Positions 9,620 to 19,308 of a DNA stretch of 55,366 nt are shown in pieces. The position numbers and the translations under genes were made by a program. Position 1 is the stretch's first letter, and the number at the start of each line of letters is the position of its first letter. The DNA is from Alphaproteobacteria bacterium CG_4_10_14_0_8_um_filter_37_21. GTDB taxonomy: Bacteria; Pseudomonadota; Alphaproteobacteria; Paracaedibacterales; UBA11393. The notes under the pieces are model-generated. The model had not been told where the DNA came from, ran no database searches, and worked only from the letters and a program-made list of their open reading frames with translations. The stretch lies in contig PFNE01000045.1 in the NCBI GenBank assembly GCA_002791835.1, positions 1-55,366 on the forward strand. The letters are read 5' to 3'.

Positions 9620-10339
9620 ATGGCTGTTTTGCAAAAAATAAGATCAATAATATTTGACCTTGTCTTCTATAGTTTTTCTGTAACAATACTAATTGTGTGC
9701 TGCCCGCTTATTTGGATATTGCCGCGTTCCTTTTTAGAAAAAGTTGCGTTCCTATGGGCTAAAACATCACGATACCTTCTGTATAAAATAGTTAGATTAA
9801 AAGTTGTTTTTCATAACCTAGATAAGATTCAAGATTTAACAAAAAATGGCCCAGTTATCTTTGCTTGTCAGCATCAATCTGCCTTAGATGTTATTCTACC
9901 CTATTTTATTCTTAAGAAATTTTCGGTTGTTCTTAAAAAAGAACTGCTCTATATTCCTTTAATTGGATTATACCATCTGCGATTAGGGTCAATTTTTGTT
10001 AACCGAAAACGTGGCTTACTTTCTATACGCCATATGTTTAAAAACGCACAAAAACAAATATCCTTAAAGCGTAGTATTTTAATTTATCCAGAGGGGCACC
10101 GTTTTAAGCCAGGTGATAAAATTAATTGCCAGCCAGGCGTTTTTCTTTTGTATCAAAAATTAAATTGCACGGTTATCCCCATATCTTTAAACACCGGCCT
10201 ATTTTGGGGAAGGCGTACACCCTTTAAAAAACCTGGAACCATTAGCGTAAAGATAGAGCCTGCTATAAATCCCGGCCTTAAAAAAATAGAATTCATGCAA
10301 GCGTTGAATGAATCTTTTCAAAAAAAGACAGCGTCGTGA
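9620..10339 (+). CDS. plsC: 1-acyl-sn-glycerol-3-phosphate acyltransferase
   Basis: HxxxxD motif (HQSALD), KKEL, YPEGHR. Confidence 0.92.
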   Translation: MAVLQKIRSIIFDLVFYSFSVTILIVCCPLIWILPRSFLEKVAFLWAKTSRYLLYKIVRLKVVFHNLDKIQDLTKNGPVIFACQHQSALDVILPYFILKKFSVVLKKELLYIPLIGLYHLRLGSIFVNRKRGLLSIRHMFKNAQKQISLKRSILIYPEGHRFKPGDKINCQPGVFLLYQKLNCTVIPISLNTGLFWGRRTPFKKPGTISVKIEPAINPGLKKIEFMQALNESFQKKTAS

Positions 10340-11052
10340 CGGTGCATTTTATCATAACTAGACCTCTTGAAAATTGTGATATTTTAAAACAACGCCTTCC
10401 CCAAAAATGTGTAACATACTTACCAGTCATACGTTACGAAAAAATAAAAGATGCTTTACAAATAAAAAATGCACATACGTATGATTATATTGTAACATCA
10501 CAATATGCAGCTAAAATGATCGTTACAAATAACTTTGCACCGCAATCAACATATTACTGTGTAGGCTCTGTTACTGGGGAGATATTGCAAAACCACAATT
10601 ACATAACAGTGAAACCAAAGGCCCATAATGCAGAAGCCCTTATAGCCCTTATCAAGAATGAACATAGACCTAAAAAGGAATTATTATATCTTTGTGGAGA
10701 AACAATAAAGTGCCCTATTCACTTATTACTTGCAACCCAAAGCATAGCATGTAAACATCGTATTATCTATAAAACCATCCCCATTCAAAATAATTGGAGG
10801 CATATTTTACGTTCTAAAGACATGAAAACTATTGTATTTTATTCCAAGCAAAGTTACGATTTGTTTATTAAAGATGTAAAAACACATCACCACATTACGG
10901 ACGTCGCAGTATGTCATGCAATTTGGGTTTTGCCAGCTGCTTCAGCCATTAAAGCCAATGACTATACTGCAAACATTAAGTGGAAAAAAATCAGCGTTAT
11001 AAATTCAACGGATGATTTGATTCAATTTATTCATAAGGAAACCAACCTATGA
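10336..11052 (+). CDS. hemD: Uroporphyrinogen-III synthase (divergent)
   Basis: IITRP start, VTSQYA, YCVGSVTG, LYLCGE, IYKT, VFYS; located before the Mic60/hemY pair. Confidence 0.82.
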   Translation: MTVHFIITRPLENCDILKQRLPQKCVTYLPVIRYEKIKDALQIKNAHTYDYIVTSQYAAKMIVTNNFAPQSTYYCVGSVTGEILQNHNYITVKPKAHNAEALIALIKNEHRPKKELLYLCGETIKCPIHLLLATQSIACKHRIIYKTIPIQNNWRHILRSKDMKTIVFYSKQSYDLFIKDVKTHHHITDVAVCHAIWVLPAASAIKANDYTANIKWKKISVINSTDDLIQFIHKETNL

Positions 11053-12053
11053 CACACGCTCAAACAAAACAAACAGATATATCCATAGAAGTACCAACTC
11101 TCTCTAAACAGGCCAAGACACAAAATGGGGAAAAAGAGCGGCAATACACTGCCCCCCCAGTAAAACAAACATCTTTCACCTTTATTATGCTATCTAGTTT
11201 GGTAACATCCCTAAGTGTTTTGGCTGTAACTGTTGCAACTGCTAAAATGTGGCGACCAAAATTATTTCCAGAGCTAAAAAAAATAGAAAGCTTAGAAAAA
11301 GATATGATAGCCCTTCATCAAGAGATGCTGTCCTTAAACGGTGACACAAAAAACAAAGAATTATTAAACAATGAAGTAGCGTCTTTAAAGCAGGAAATTG
11401 ACAAAGCCAAAACAGATATAAAAGTTAAAATGGCAGAGGTAAACAATAAGATCAATACCGTCACATCTGAACAAAAAAACAATTCCACACCCCAAGAAGA
11501 AAAAACCTTAGAGGAAGATAGTATTGAAGAGGACTCCCCTAAAATCAGTATGGATGCTGGCGTTTTCCATGTGCAATTTTTAACTGCCATTGAAGAAAAC
11601 AAACCCTTATCAAAGTATTACGAGCAAGCGGGAAAATTAGACATATCCGACGAATTTCAACATATTATTAACGATATAAAAAAAATTAATTTTGAAAAAA
11701 TACAATCAGATGAAGAACTATCTGACAGCTTCAAGCAAATGCATAGCGATATACTTCAAGACACAATGATTACAAAAAACGCACAAACTAGTCAAAAAAA
11801 CCTTGTTGATAGCATTGCTGAAAATATTCAAATAACACATAATAATCAACCAAATAGAGCACAACTAAAATCTGATTTTATCATGGCCAAACGACTGCTT
11901 GACAGGGATGACCTTGAGGGCACCATAGACATTTTAACGCCTTATGCACACCACAAAAATGTGCGTATATGGATTAAACATGCACAAGAACGAATAGATC
12001 ACGATGATGCGATCCAAAATGTCAGAAACTTTAAAGGACCCTATAGTAAATGA
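11049..12053 (+). CDS. Alphaproteobacterial Mic60 / mitofilin-domain protein
   Basis: One N-terminal TM, a long coiled coil, and C-terminal AKRLLDRDDLEGTIDIL...WIKHAQERIDHDDAI matching the mitofilin signature; hemD-X-hemY synteny. Confidence 0.75.
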   Translation: MTHAQTKQTDISIEVPTLSKQAKTQNGEKERQYTAPPVKQTSFTFIMLSSLVTSLSVLAVTVATAKMWRPKLFPELKKIESLEKDMIALHQEMLSLNGDTKNKELLNNEVASLKQEIDKAKTDIKVKMAEVNNKINTVTSEQKNNSTPQEEKTLEEDSIEEDSPKISMDAGVFHVQFLTAIEENKPLSKYYEQAGKLDISDEFQHIINDIKKINFEKIQSDEELSDSFKQMHSDILQDTMITKNAQTSQKNLVDSIAENIQITHNNQPNRAQLKSDFIMAKRLLDRDDLEGTIDILTPYAHHKNVRIWIKHAQERIDHDDAIQNVRNFKGPYSK

Positions 12054-13312
12054 CTTTTTTAAAAACACTTAAGGCAACATTACTGCTTGGCATATTAGGC
12101 GTCGTGATCGTGGCTGTTACCACATTTACGGGCATGGCAACCTTAGAAGTGAACAACACAGTTATCGAAATGCCATTTTCTTATTTAATTGTTGGTTTAA
12201 TTGGGTGCTTTCTTGTTTTATTGATAAGTACCAGTGTATGGAAATTCTTATGGGCTATTCCTGAAAAATATCAACAGTTTTTAAGTAAAAAACGATCACA
12301 AAAAGCTTTAAACTTAATTATAGAGGGCCTAACTGCACTAAGTGCGCGGCAACCAGCAGAGGCATTAGAGTTAGCAGAACAAGCCTTAGCTTTAGATCCT
12401 AAAAACCCAATTATGCTTGTTGTTAATGCCTTTGCAGCGCAGCAAGCAAATCAACACGATAAGGCTTTAACATCATTTAATCAAATGATGAAAGAAACAC
12501 GCTTAAAGTTTTTGGCAACACTTGGGTTAATTGACATAGAGAAACAAAATAATAAAATTTTAAAAGTACAAAGCCTCTTAAAAAAAGCCTTACAATTACG
12601 TCATGATTCAAGCTGGGTTATCAATGAAATTTTAGATAACAACATAAAGTGCATGCTTGCAGGACATGTCATAAATATAAAAGATCAAAAATATTCAAAG
12701 CTAATTGATAAAAAACAGTGGGCACACCATGTGGCACTGTATCATGCCTTTGCCGCGCAAAAAGCAATGGAACTTAATAATATAGTAGACACTAAAACCA
12801 ATTTAAAAAAAGCAATTGCAGAGCAAGAAAACTTTACCTGGGTAACGATTAATTTGGCCAAAATTTATCGAGACGAAAAGTCAAACAATAAAGCCTACAA
12901 ACTGATAAATAAATCACTATCTAAAACACCCCATCCCGATATATTAAGCTTACTTGCTGAAACGACCCCTTGCAAAACACCAACAGAAACATATCATCAC
13001 TTTTGTGGAGATGTCTTAACAAAAGACAATCATGATAGTTGTTTGTTTTTAAGTAAGCTGGCTGCAAATGCACAACTATGGGGTGAATCCAAAAAATGGG
13101 CAGAACGGGCTTTAGAAAAGCGGCCTACCCCGCGTGGTGTTCAACTTCTGAAAACTGCCTGCACAGCGCTACACATTGCTATAGACGCTAATATACTCTA
13201 CCCTGCCTTAAAACAAGACACAGCTTGGCACTGCATAAAATGTAAAACACCCCATAAAGACTGGCAAATACAATGCCGTAACTGTGAAGGGATCGATTCA
13301 ATTCAATATTAG
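12050..13312 (+). CDS. hemY: HemY_N/TPR membrane protein (the 'orf52'/HemY-like Mic60 partner)
   Basis: Two N-terminal TMs, TPR-like helices, C-terminal Zn ribbon WHCIKC...WQIQCRNC. Confidence 0.82.
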   Translation: MTFLKTLKATLLLGILGVVIVAVTTFTGMATLEVNNTVIEMPFSYLIVGLIGCFLVLLISTSVWKFLWAIPEKYQQFLSKKRSQKALNLIIEGLTALSARQPAEALELAEQALALDPKNPIMLVVNAFAAQQANQHDKALTSFNQMMKETRLKFLATLGLIDIEKQNNKILKVQSLLKKALQLRHDSSWVINEILDNNIKCMLAGHVINIKDQKYSKLIDKKQWAHHVALYHAFAAQKAMELNNIVDTKTNLKKAIAEQENFTWVTINLAKIYRDEKSNNKAYKLINKSLSKTPHPDILSLLAETTPCKTPTETYHHFCGDVLTKDNHDSCLFLSKLAANAQLWGESKKWAERALEKRPTPRGVQLLKTACTALHIAIDANILYPALKQDTAWHCIKCKTPHKDWQIQCRNCEGIDSIQY

Positions 13313-13465
13313 TTTATAGTGATTTCAAAAATGATTTTTTTTGCACCCACCTCTACACAATCGAAAATTGGCACCAGCTGCATCAAAATTATAAAAACTG
13401 AACGCTATTATACACGCAACCAGTTGTACAACTTTTTTTACTGATTGAAGTTAGGCATAAAGCCA

Positions 13466-14128
13466 TCAACCTTTAAATTCAGTTGCAACAACATACATTT
13501 CAGCAGACCCTTTGCGGCTGGATTCAGGCTTAAAGTGTTTAACATTTTTAAAGTGCAATTTAAGACGTTTTAGCAATTTATCTTCTGTACCGCCACGCAA
13601 AACTTTACCAACAAGGTGTCCGCCTTTATTTAAGTGTTCCAGTCCAAAGTTTAAGGTGATTTCTAACAGTAACATAATGCGGTCATGGTCAACGGAGGCA
13701 ATACCGCATGCAGCGGCTGCCATATCGCTTAAAACAACGTCAACTTTTTTGCCCTCTAATTTTGCATTTAAAACGTCTATGGTTTGTGCGTCAGTTACAT
13801 CACCAATAATTTTAATCGTTCCCGGAACATCTTCATATTCTTGAAGATCCACACCAACAATAAAAGATTTTGGTTTTATTTTTTTTGCAACCTGAAGCCA
13901 CCCACCAGGCGCCGCGCCAAGATCAACGATGACATTTGCACCATGAAACAGCTTAAATTTTTCTGCCATTTCTTTCATTTTGTAAGATGCCCGAGAGCGG
14001 TACCCATCAACCTGGGCCTGACGTACAAAAGGATCGTTCAACTGGCGTTCCAACCAAACGCGCGATGAATGCGTACGTTTCTTCTTACTTTTAATTTTAA
14101 CTTTATCGCTAATAGATTTATGCGTCAT
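13466..14128 (-). CDS. rlmE: 23S rRNA Um2552 methyltransferase
   Basis: WLERQLNDPFV, YRSRASYK, VDLGAAPGGW, VLSDMA, KPESSR...EMY. Confidence 0.97.
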   Translation of the reverse strand: MTHKSISDKVKIKSKKKRTHSSRVWLERQLNDPFVRQAQVDGYRSRASYKMKEMAEKFKLFHGANVIVDLGAAPGGWLQVAKKIKPKSFIVGVDLQEYEDVPGTIKIIGDVTDAQTIDVLNAKLEGKKVDVVLSDMAAAACGIASVDHDRIMLLLEITLNFGLEHLNKGGHLVGKVLRGGTEDKLLKRLKLHFKNVKHFKPESSRKGSAEMYVVATEFKG

Positions 14129-14137
14129 AACAGAACC

Positions 14138-15445
14138 TTATAAATACTTTACTTCTTTTCGTAATCTCATCATGCCCCAAATATTGAACGTTAATAATAA
14201 CCCTGAGCAAAGCCCCATTACTTGTTGCGCTATCAGTTGATCTGCAAAAGAAAAGACAATAAATGCTAGCAAAGCATAGCCTACATAACAAGCTGGACCA
14301 TATTTTTTAGATAAAAAGCGAGAGGTTTTCATACCCACCGAAAAATATGCAACGATTGTTGTAAATCCTGCTAGGAAAAATAGTACCGCCATATAAGCTT
14401 CAACATATGGAAAATAAGCCGATAGAATGCGCGGGATATACTGCGAAGAATCTAGACTCGTCCCAAATTCTTGCCACATACCCGATATTAAGACAACTAA
14501 CAAGGTCATCGTACAAATAATACCTTGTGTTGTTAGCGAAAATATTGCCATACGCGCTTGTCGTTCAGGATGTTTTGTTTTTGTTGTGGCTTGTAGAGTA
14601 GAATCAAAACCAACGCCAATATCACCAGCGTACACACCACGTGCAATTCCCTGTTGCATAGCCTGGATGATGCTAGCACCAGCAAAGCCACCAACGGCCG
14701 ATTGCCCTGTAAAAGCTGAAGATATAACGGTGCTTAAAATAGCAGGAAGCTCCCCAATGTTTTGGAAAATAACCCATAGGCACATAAGAACATACGTAAT
14801 AATAAATGGCGGCATGAGTGCTGCACAGACATTAGATAGGCGTTTAATGCCACCAAGGGCCGTCCATATAATTAATCCTAGGAAGATTACAATACAGACA
14901 TAGCGATTTATACTAAAGGTTGTTTGAATCGTATCTGTAATCACAACAAACTGATAAATCTCTACTGCATAAATGCAAAACAGAACAGCGACGATATTTG
15001 GGACAAAAGGACTTTTAAAAGTTTTTCGTAAAAAGTACATAGGTCCCCCATTATAGGCATCCTTTGCGCATTTTTCACGGTATTTAATACCTAAGTATAT
15101 CTCTGTGTATTTAATCAGCATACCTAAAAAGATGGCCACCCACAGCCAAAACAACGCACCGGGTCCACCAATTGTAACAGCTGTTACAATACTGACCACG
15201 TTACCAATGCCAACCATGCCACCAATAGAGGCAAAGTATAGTCTTAACGGGTTAACTCCATGCGCATCTTCTTGATTACATTCTTTAAGGTCACATATTG
15301 CACGGCGTAAATTAACCAGTATTTTAAATTGTATAAAATTTGTTTTTAAACTTAGATATATACCTGATCCTAAGATCATAACCAAGCCAATGTACCAATA
15401 CACATCATTAATGGCATCTAGTATTGTCGAAATAGACGTTAACAT
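14138..15445 (-). CDS. Alanine/glycine:cation symporter (AGCS family)
   Basis: GGMVGIGNV, GGPGALFWLW, GGPMYFL, QGIARGVY.GDIG.G. Confidence 0.92.
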   Translation of the reverse strand: MLTSISTILDAINDVYWYIGLVMILGSGIYLSLKTNFIQFKILVNLRRAICDLKECNQEDAHGVNPLRLYFASIGGMVGIGNVVSIVTAVTIGGPGALFWLWVAIFLGMLIKYTEIYLGIKYREKCAKDAYNGGPMYFLRKTFKSPFVPNIVAVLFCIYAVEIYQFVVITDTIQTTFSINRYVCIVIFLGLIIWTALGGIKRLSNVCAALMPPFIITYVLMCLWVIFQNIGELPAILSTVISSAFTGQSAVGGFAGASIIQAMQQGIARGVYAGDIGVGFDSTLQATTKTKHPERQARMAIFSLTTQGIICTMTLLVVLISGMWQEFGTSLDSSQYIPRILSAYFPYVEAYMAVLFFLAGFTTIVAYFSVGMKTSRFLSKKYGPACYVGYALLAFIVFSFADQLIAQQVMGLCSGLLLTFNIWGMMRLRKEVKYL

Positions 15446-15625
15446 AATTGTATCCTTTGAGCGTTATTAAACATAAATTTATTATATTTGGGGGTATAAA
15501 ACGTCTCAAAACAAAGTTTATTTCACATACTACAGTATGACACACATACCTATAAACGCTTAATACCCCAAGCGTTTTCGTTTTACAATAATGTGTTTTA
15601 AATCTATATTCATCTTAATTTCTAT

Positions 15626-15666
15626 AAAAAAAACCATGTTAAGTAATAAATATCACATAACATGGT
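15626..15666 (-). terminator. Intrinsic terminator after rplT
   Basis: Minus strand reads ACCATGTTA, loop, TAACATGGT, then a T-run; 12 bp after the rplT stop. Confidence 0.75.
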
Positions 15667-15678
15667 CAATGATTATTG

Positions 15679-16047
15679 TTATTTAGCTTCTTTTTCCAAG
15701 GCTTTTTCAGCAGTTTTAACAAGGTCTTTAAATGCTTTTGGTGTATTCATAGCCATATCAGCCATCACTTTTCGATCAAGTTCAACGCCAGCTTTATTTA
15801 AACCATTGATAAAAGTAGAGTATTTCATGCCGTACTCACGAACAGCAGCATTGATTCTTTGAATCCAAAGCGCCCTAAATTCACGTTTTTTGTTACGGCG
15901 ATCACGGTACGCATACTGCAATGCTTTTTCTACGCGCTGCAAGGCAATACGGAAACAATTCTTTGAACGGCCTCTGTAACCTTTTGCAAGCTTAATAATT
16001 TTTTTATGTCTTTTGTGGGCAGAAACCCCACCTTTAACGCGTGCCAT
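15679..16047 (-). CDS. rplT: 50S ribosomal protein L20
   Basis: MARVKGG...AKGYRG...[24 protein letters not shown]. Confidence 0.99.
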   Translation of the reverse strand: MARVKGGVSAHKRHKKIIKLAKGYRGRSKNCFRIALQRVEKALQYAYRDRRNKKREFRALWIQRINAAVREYGMKYSTFINGLNKAGVELDRKVMADMAMNTPKAFKDLVKTAEKALEKEAK

Positions 16048-16059
16048 CGATAATTCTCC

Positions 16060-16260
16060 CTATTGACCTGGTAAATAAAAGGTTTTAATGCGTTTAACTT
16101 CCATATCTTTCATCATGATAGTTCCACGTGCATTACGAATCATCTTATTGCTACGTTTTCTCATACCGTGCTGTTTACCAGCTTGGCCCATTTTGACCTT
16201 ACCAGAACCTGTTACACGAAAGCGCTTTTTAGCACTACTTTTTGTTTTCATTTTGGGCAT
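16060..16260 (-). CDS. rpmI: 50S ribosomal protein L35 (start corrected to ATG at 16260)
   Basis: [23 protein letters not shown]; immediately upstream of rplT. Confidence 0.98.
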   Translation of the reverse strand: MPKMKTKSSAKKRFRVTGSGKVKMGQAGKQHGMRKRSNKMIRNARGTIMMKDMEVKRIKTFYLPGQ

Positions 16261-16479
16261 TTTTTTCTCTCTTATAAAAGTATTTTTATTAACGGGTCGT
16301 GAGGCAGCCCTAATACAGCCATACAACACCAAACTTTAACAAGCCATTTTCAGACCTTTTTATATTATACATGCTATCACGGGTGTTTACCAGTTTTTTT
16401 ATAAGCTTTTATGATAATTAATTTATTTTAACAGCAGGCTCTATCACTAATAAAACATCAACCTGAAGCAGAAATTGGA

Positions 16480-17955
16480 CTATCTAAATGGCGGTTCATC
16501 AAAGCCGCGAAGTTTTCTAGAATGCAGTGAATCAGACCCACCAAGACGCAACAAATTGATAGCCTCTAGCCCAACCTGTAAATGCTGCAAAACACGTTTT
16601 TTATAAAATTCATTTGCAACACCCTGCAATTTAATTTCACCATGAATTGGCTTATCAGACACACATAACAATGTGCCATAAGGAACCCTAAACCTAAAAC
16701 CATTCGCTGCAATTGTTGATGATTCCATATCTACTGCAATGGAGCGGCTTTGCTGAATGCGTTCATACATTTCAACAGATTCTAATTCCCAGTTACGGTT
16801 ATCCGTTGTTAAAACAGTTCCTGTACGTAAAGTTTCTTTTACTTGGTTTTTTCCAATTTTTTGAACACTTGTTGCCGCGTCTTGAAGGGCCATTTGCACT
16901 TCTGCAATAGCTGGCACTTGTATCCATGGACCTATCAAATTATCTAAAACACGATCCTCACGCACATAAGCGTGCGCTAAAACATAGTCACCAAGTTGTT
17001 GGCTTTCACGAAGCCCTGCACAATGACCAACCATCATCCAGCAATGCGGACGAAGAACAGCTAAGTGATCTGTGATCGTTTTGGCATTGCTAGGACCTAC
17101 ACCAATATTAACAAAAGTGATCCCCTGCCCGTCTTTCCTTTTTAAATGATAAGCTGGCATTTGTGGTAAATGCGCTGGGGCAACATCGGAAGTGTCATCA
17201 GTATCTTGACCGTAAATTAAATGATTTTGAGGCCCAATAAGTGCGGTATAATCATCATCTGTATCAATTAAATTTTTAGCATAAGCTATAAATGGATCCA
17301 TATAACGCTGATAATTTGTCAACAGTATAAAGCTTTGAAAATGTTTTGGCATTGTTCCTGTATAATGGTGCAAACGCTGCAAAGAATAGTCAACACGTTC
17401 CCCAGTAAATAGAGATAACGGATTAAATTCTTTCCAGTGCGGCCCCTTACGGTAAGTGCCATTTGCGATTGTATCATCAATACGGCTAAGGTTTGGCAGT
17501 GCAAAACCTTCTTTAATGCGCTGCATTTGCGCTGCCGTTAAAGAAACAGCAGATTGGTCAACAACGTAGGGAAGGGGTATAGACCAATCGGACTCCCCAA
17601 TCAGCACTTCTATTCTGTGATTTTGAATAATTCTATCGAGTTGCTCTACATAGTATGCATCAAACAAATCTGGGCGCGTTAAGGTTGTGTAATACAGACC
17701 AATCTCTTGCGCCATACCATAACTTTGGCGGCCATCAACCTTTAAATTTTCAGCACTAATTTCAAACCCAATAGCTGGGTAGTGCGCTGTTTCAATATCT
17801 TTTAATTTTTGCTTTGATGCAATAGCATCAAATGCCGAAACAAGTTTTTTTGTTTCTTGATTATAAATTTCATGCACGTAGTCAACTGCATCACGTGCAT
17901 TATTGAATTTTCGTGCGTTAATTAAACGTTTGTTAAAAGGGGTCCGATCGGACAT
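16480..17955 (-). CDS. amn: AMP nucleosidase
   Basis: RVDYSLQRLHHYTG, LLTNYQRY, QMPAYHL, NIGVGPSNAKTITDH, LLCVSDKPIHGE. Confidence 0.96.
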   Translation of the reverse strand: MSDRTPFNKRLINARKFNNARDAVDYVHEIYNQETKKLVSAFDAIASKQKLKDIETAHYPAIGFEISAENLKVDGRQSYGMAQEIGLYYTTLTRPDLFDAYYVEQLDRIIQNHRIEVLIGESDWSIPLPYVVDQSAVSLTAAQMQRIKEGFALPNLSRIDDTIANGTYRKGPHWKEFNPLSLFTGERVDYSLQRLHHYTGTMPKHFQSFILLTNYQRYMDPFIAYAKNLIDTDDDYTALIGPQNHLIYGQDTDDTSDVAPAHLPQMPAYHLKRKDGQGITFVNIGVGPSNAKTITDHLAVLRPHCWMMVGHCAGLRESQQLGDYVLAHAYVREDRVLDNLIGPWIQVPAIAEVQMALQDAATSVQKIGKNQVKETLRTGTVLTTDNRNWELESVEMYERIQQSRSIAVDMESSTIAANGFRFRVPYGTLLCVSDKPIHGEIKLQGVANEFYKKRVLQHLQVGLEAINLLRLGGSDSLHSRKLRGFDEPPFR

Positions 17956-18881
17956 ATTTTATCTTGATTAGCCTCGATACCTAATAGATTACGTGTAAAA
18001 TCAATACTTGTAAAGGGTTGAAGATCTTCTAAACTTTCTCCAACACTTAAAAAATAAATAGGCAGTTTATACTTATCAGCAATAGCAACAACAATACCGC
18101 CTTTTGCTGTACCATCTAACTTTGTCATCACAAGCCCATCTATCGTCACTGAATCAGAAAATTCGCGTGTTTGAAGCAATGCATTTTGCCCCGTGGTGGC
18201 GTCTAAAACTAATAAAGTATGGTGCGGTATTGTTTCATCTTTCTTTTTAAGAACACGAACAATTTTTTGCATTTCATCCATAAGATTTTTTTTATTATGT
18301 AACCGACCGGCTGTATCAATTAACAACACATCTGCATTAGCTGCTGTAGATTTTTCTAAAGCATCATAGGCAAGGGCTGCAGAATCTGCACCTTCCTTAG
18401 CACTATACAACTTAAAACCTGCACGTTCAGACCAAATTTCAAGCTGTTCTTTTGCTGCTGCACGAAATGTATCACATGCAGCTACGTGAACCGTCTTTCC
18501 TTGTGCTTTAAAATAATGTGCAATTTTTGCAACTGTTGTGGTTTTTCCTGCACCGTTTACACCAACAACCAAAATAACATGTGGGCTGTGCGCCTGTACT
18601 TCCAATTTTTTTGCAACAGGATCTAACGCTACGCTTAAACGCTGCGCCAACCATTCCCTAAGTTCTAGTTCTGAAATATCTTGATCTAATTTCTCTTTTG
18701 CTAAAGAATTCCTAATATGGCGGGCGGTTGTGATACCAAGATCGGCCATAATCATGGTTTCTTCTAATTGATCTAAGCTTTCTTCGTCTAATCTTCTATG
18801 TGTTAAAACAAAGTTTAAATTTTCAGAAATTTTATCCGATGACTTCTTTAAGCTACTTTTTAGTTTACCCCATAGACTCAT
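17922..18881 (-). CDS. ftsY: SRP receptor FtsY (short, NG domain only)
   Basis: GVNGAGKTTT, DTFRAAA, DTAGR, TKLDGTAKGG. Confidence 0.97.
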   Translation of the reverse strand: MSLWGKLKSSLKKSSDKISENLNFVLTHRRLDEESLDQLEETMIMADLGITTARHIRNSLAKEKLDQDISELELREWLAQRLSVALDPVAKKLEVQAHSPHVILVVGVNGAGKTTTVAKIAHYFKAQGKTVHVAACDTFRAAAKEQLEIWSERAGFKLYSAKEGADSAALAYDALEKSTAANADVLLIDTAGRLHNKKNLMDEMQKIVRVLKKKDETIPHHTLLVLDATTGQNALLQTREFSDSVTIDGLVMTKLDGTAKGGIVVAIADKYKLPIYFLSVGESLEDLQPFTSIDFTRNLLGIEANQDKICPIGPLLTNV

Positions 18882-18948
18882 TAGGAAATTGTCCGTTACA
18901 TAGAAACACTTTAAGTTTAAGTCTTAATGTACGCTTTAGCAAGCTGAA

Positions 18949-19308
18949 TTATGATTTATCTTGAACCGATTCTGGCATATATTTCAGTGCACCCAATAAC
19001 ACAAAATCTTGTATATCATTTTTTCTATATTTTAACCCCACCTCCTGCCCTTTAAAGGGGGAGGATGAATCGCTTCTAAACAATCTGACTTTATGTTTTG
19101 CAGTATCTGTTTTTGCCATATATTCTATCGTATACATAAAATTACGGTCTCTGATTTCTTTCACATATGTTATTTTGCCCGTTGTATGGTGCCACAAATT
19201 ACGCTCGTATACTGAAAACATATGCAAAACAAACACAATAATGGCAATAGCACAAAAAAAACAAAGGACCCCATGGTCTTTAACACGCACAAAAAACCTA
19301 CACATCAT
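18949..19308 (-). CDS. Small membrane-anchored hypothetical protein
   Basis: N-terminal TM followed by a beta-rich domain (W..TTGKI...YTIEY...GQEVGLKY, DUF3592-like pattern); ATGA overlap with the fliI stop. Confidence 0.65.
   Translation of the reverse strand: MMCRFFVRVKDHGVLCFFCAIAIIVFVLHMFSVYERNLWHHTTGKITYVKEIRDRNFMYTIEYMAKTDTAKHKVRLFRSDSSSPFKGQEVGLKYRKNDIQDFVLLGALKYMPESVQDKS

Noticed and set aside
16261-16332. 24-aa N-terminal extension of L35 in the ORF track
   Set aside because: L35 begins MPK.KT at 16260 behind a purine-rich RBS; the extension overlaps the putative leader.
18949-19308. FliJ, by position after fliI
   Set aside because: FliJ is a soluble coiled coil, whereas this protein has an N-terminal TM and a beta-rich body.
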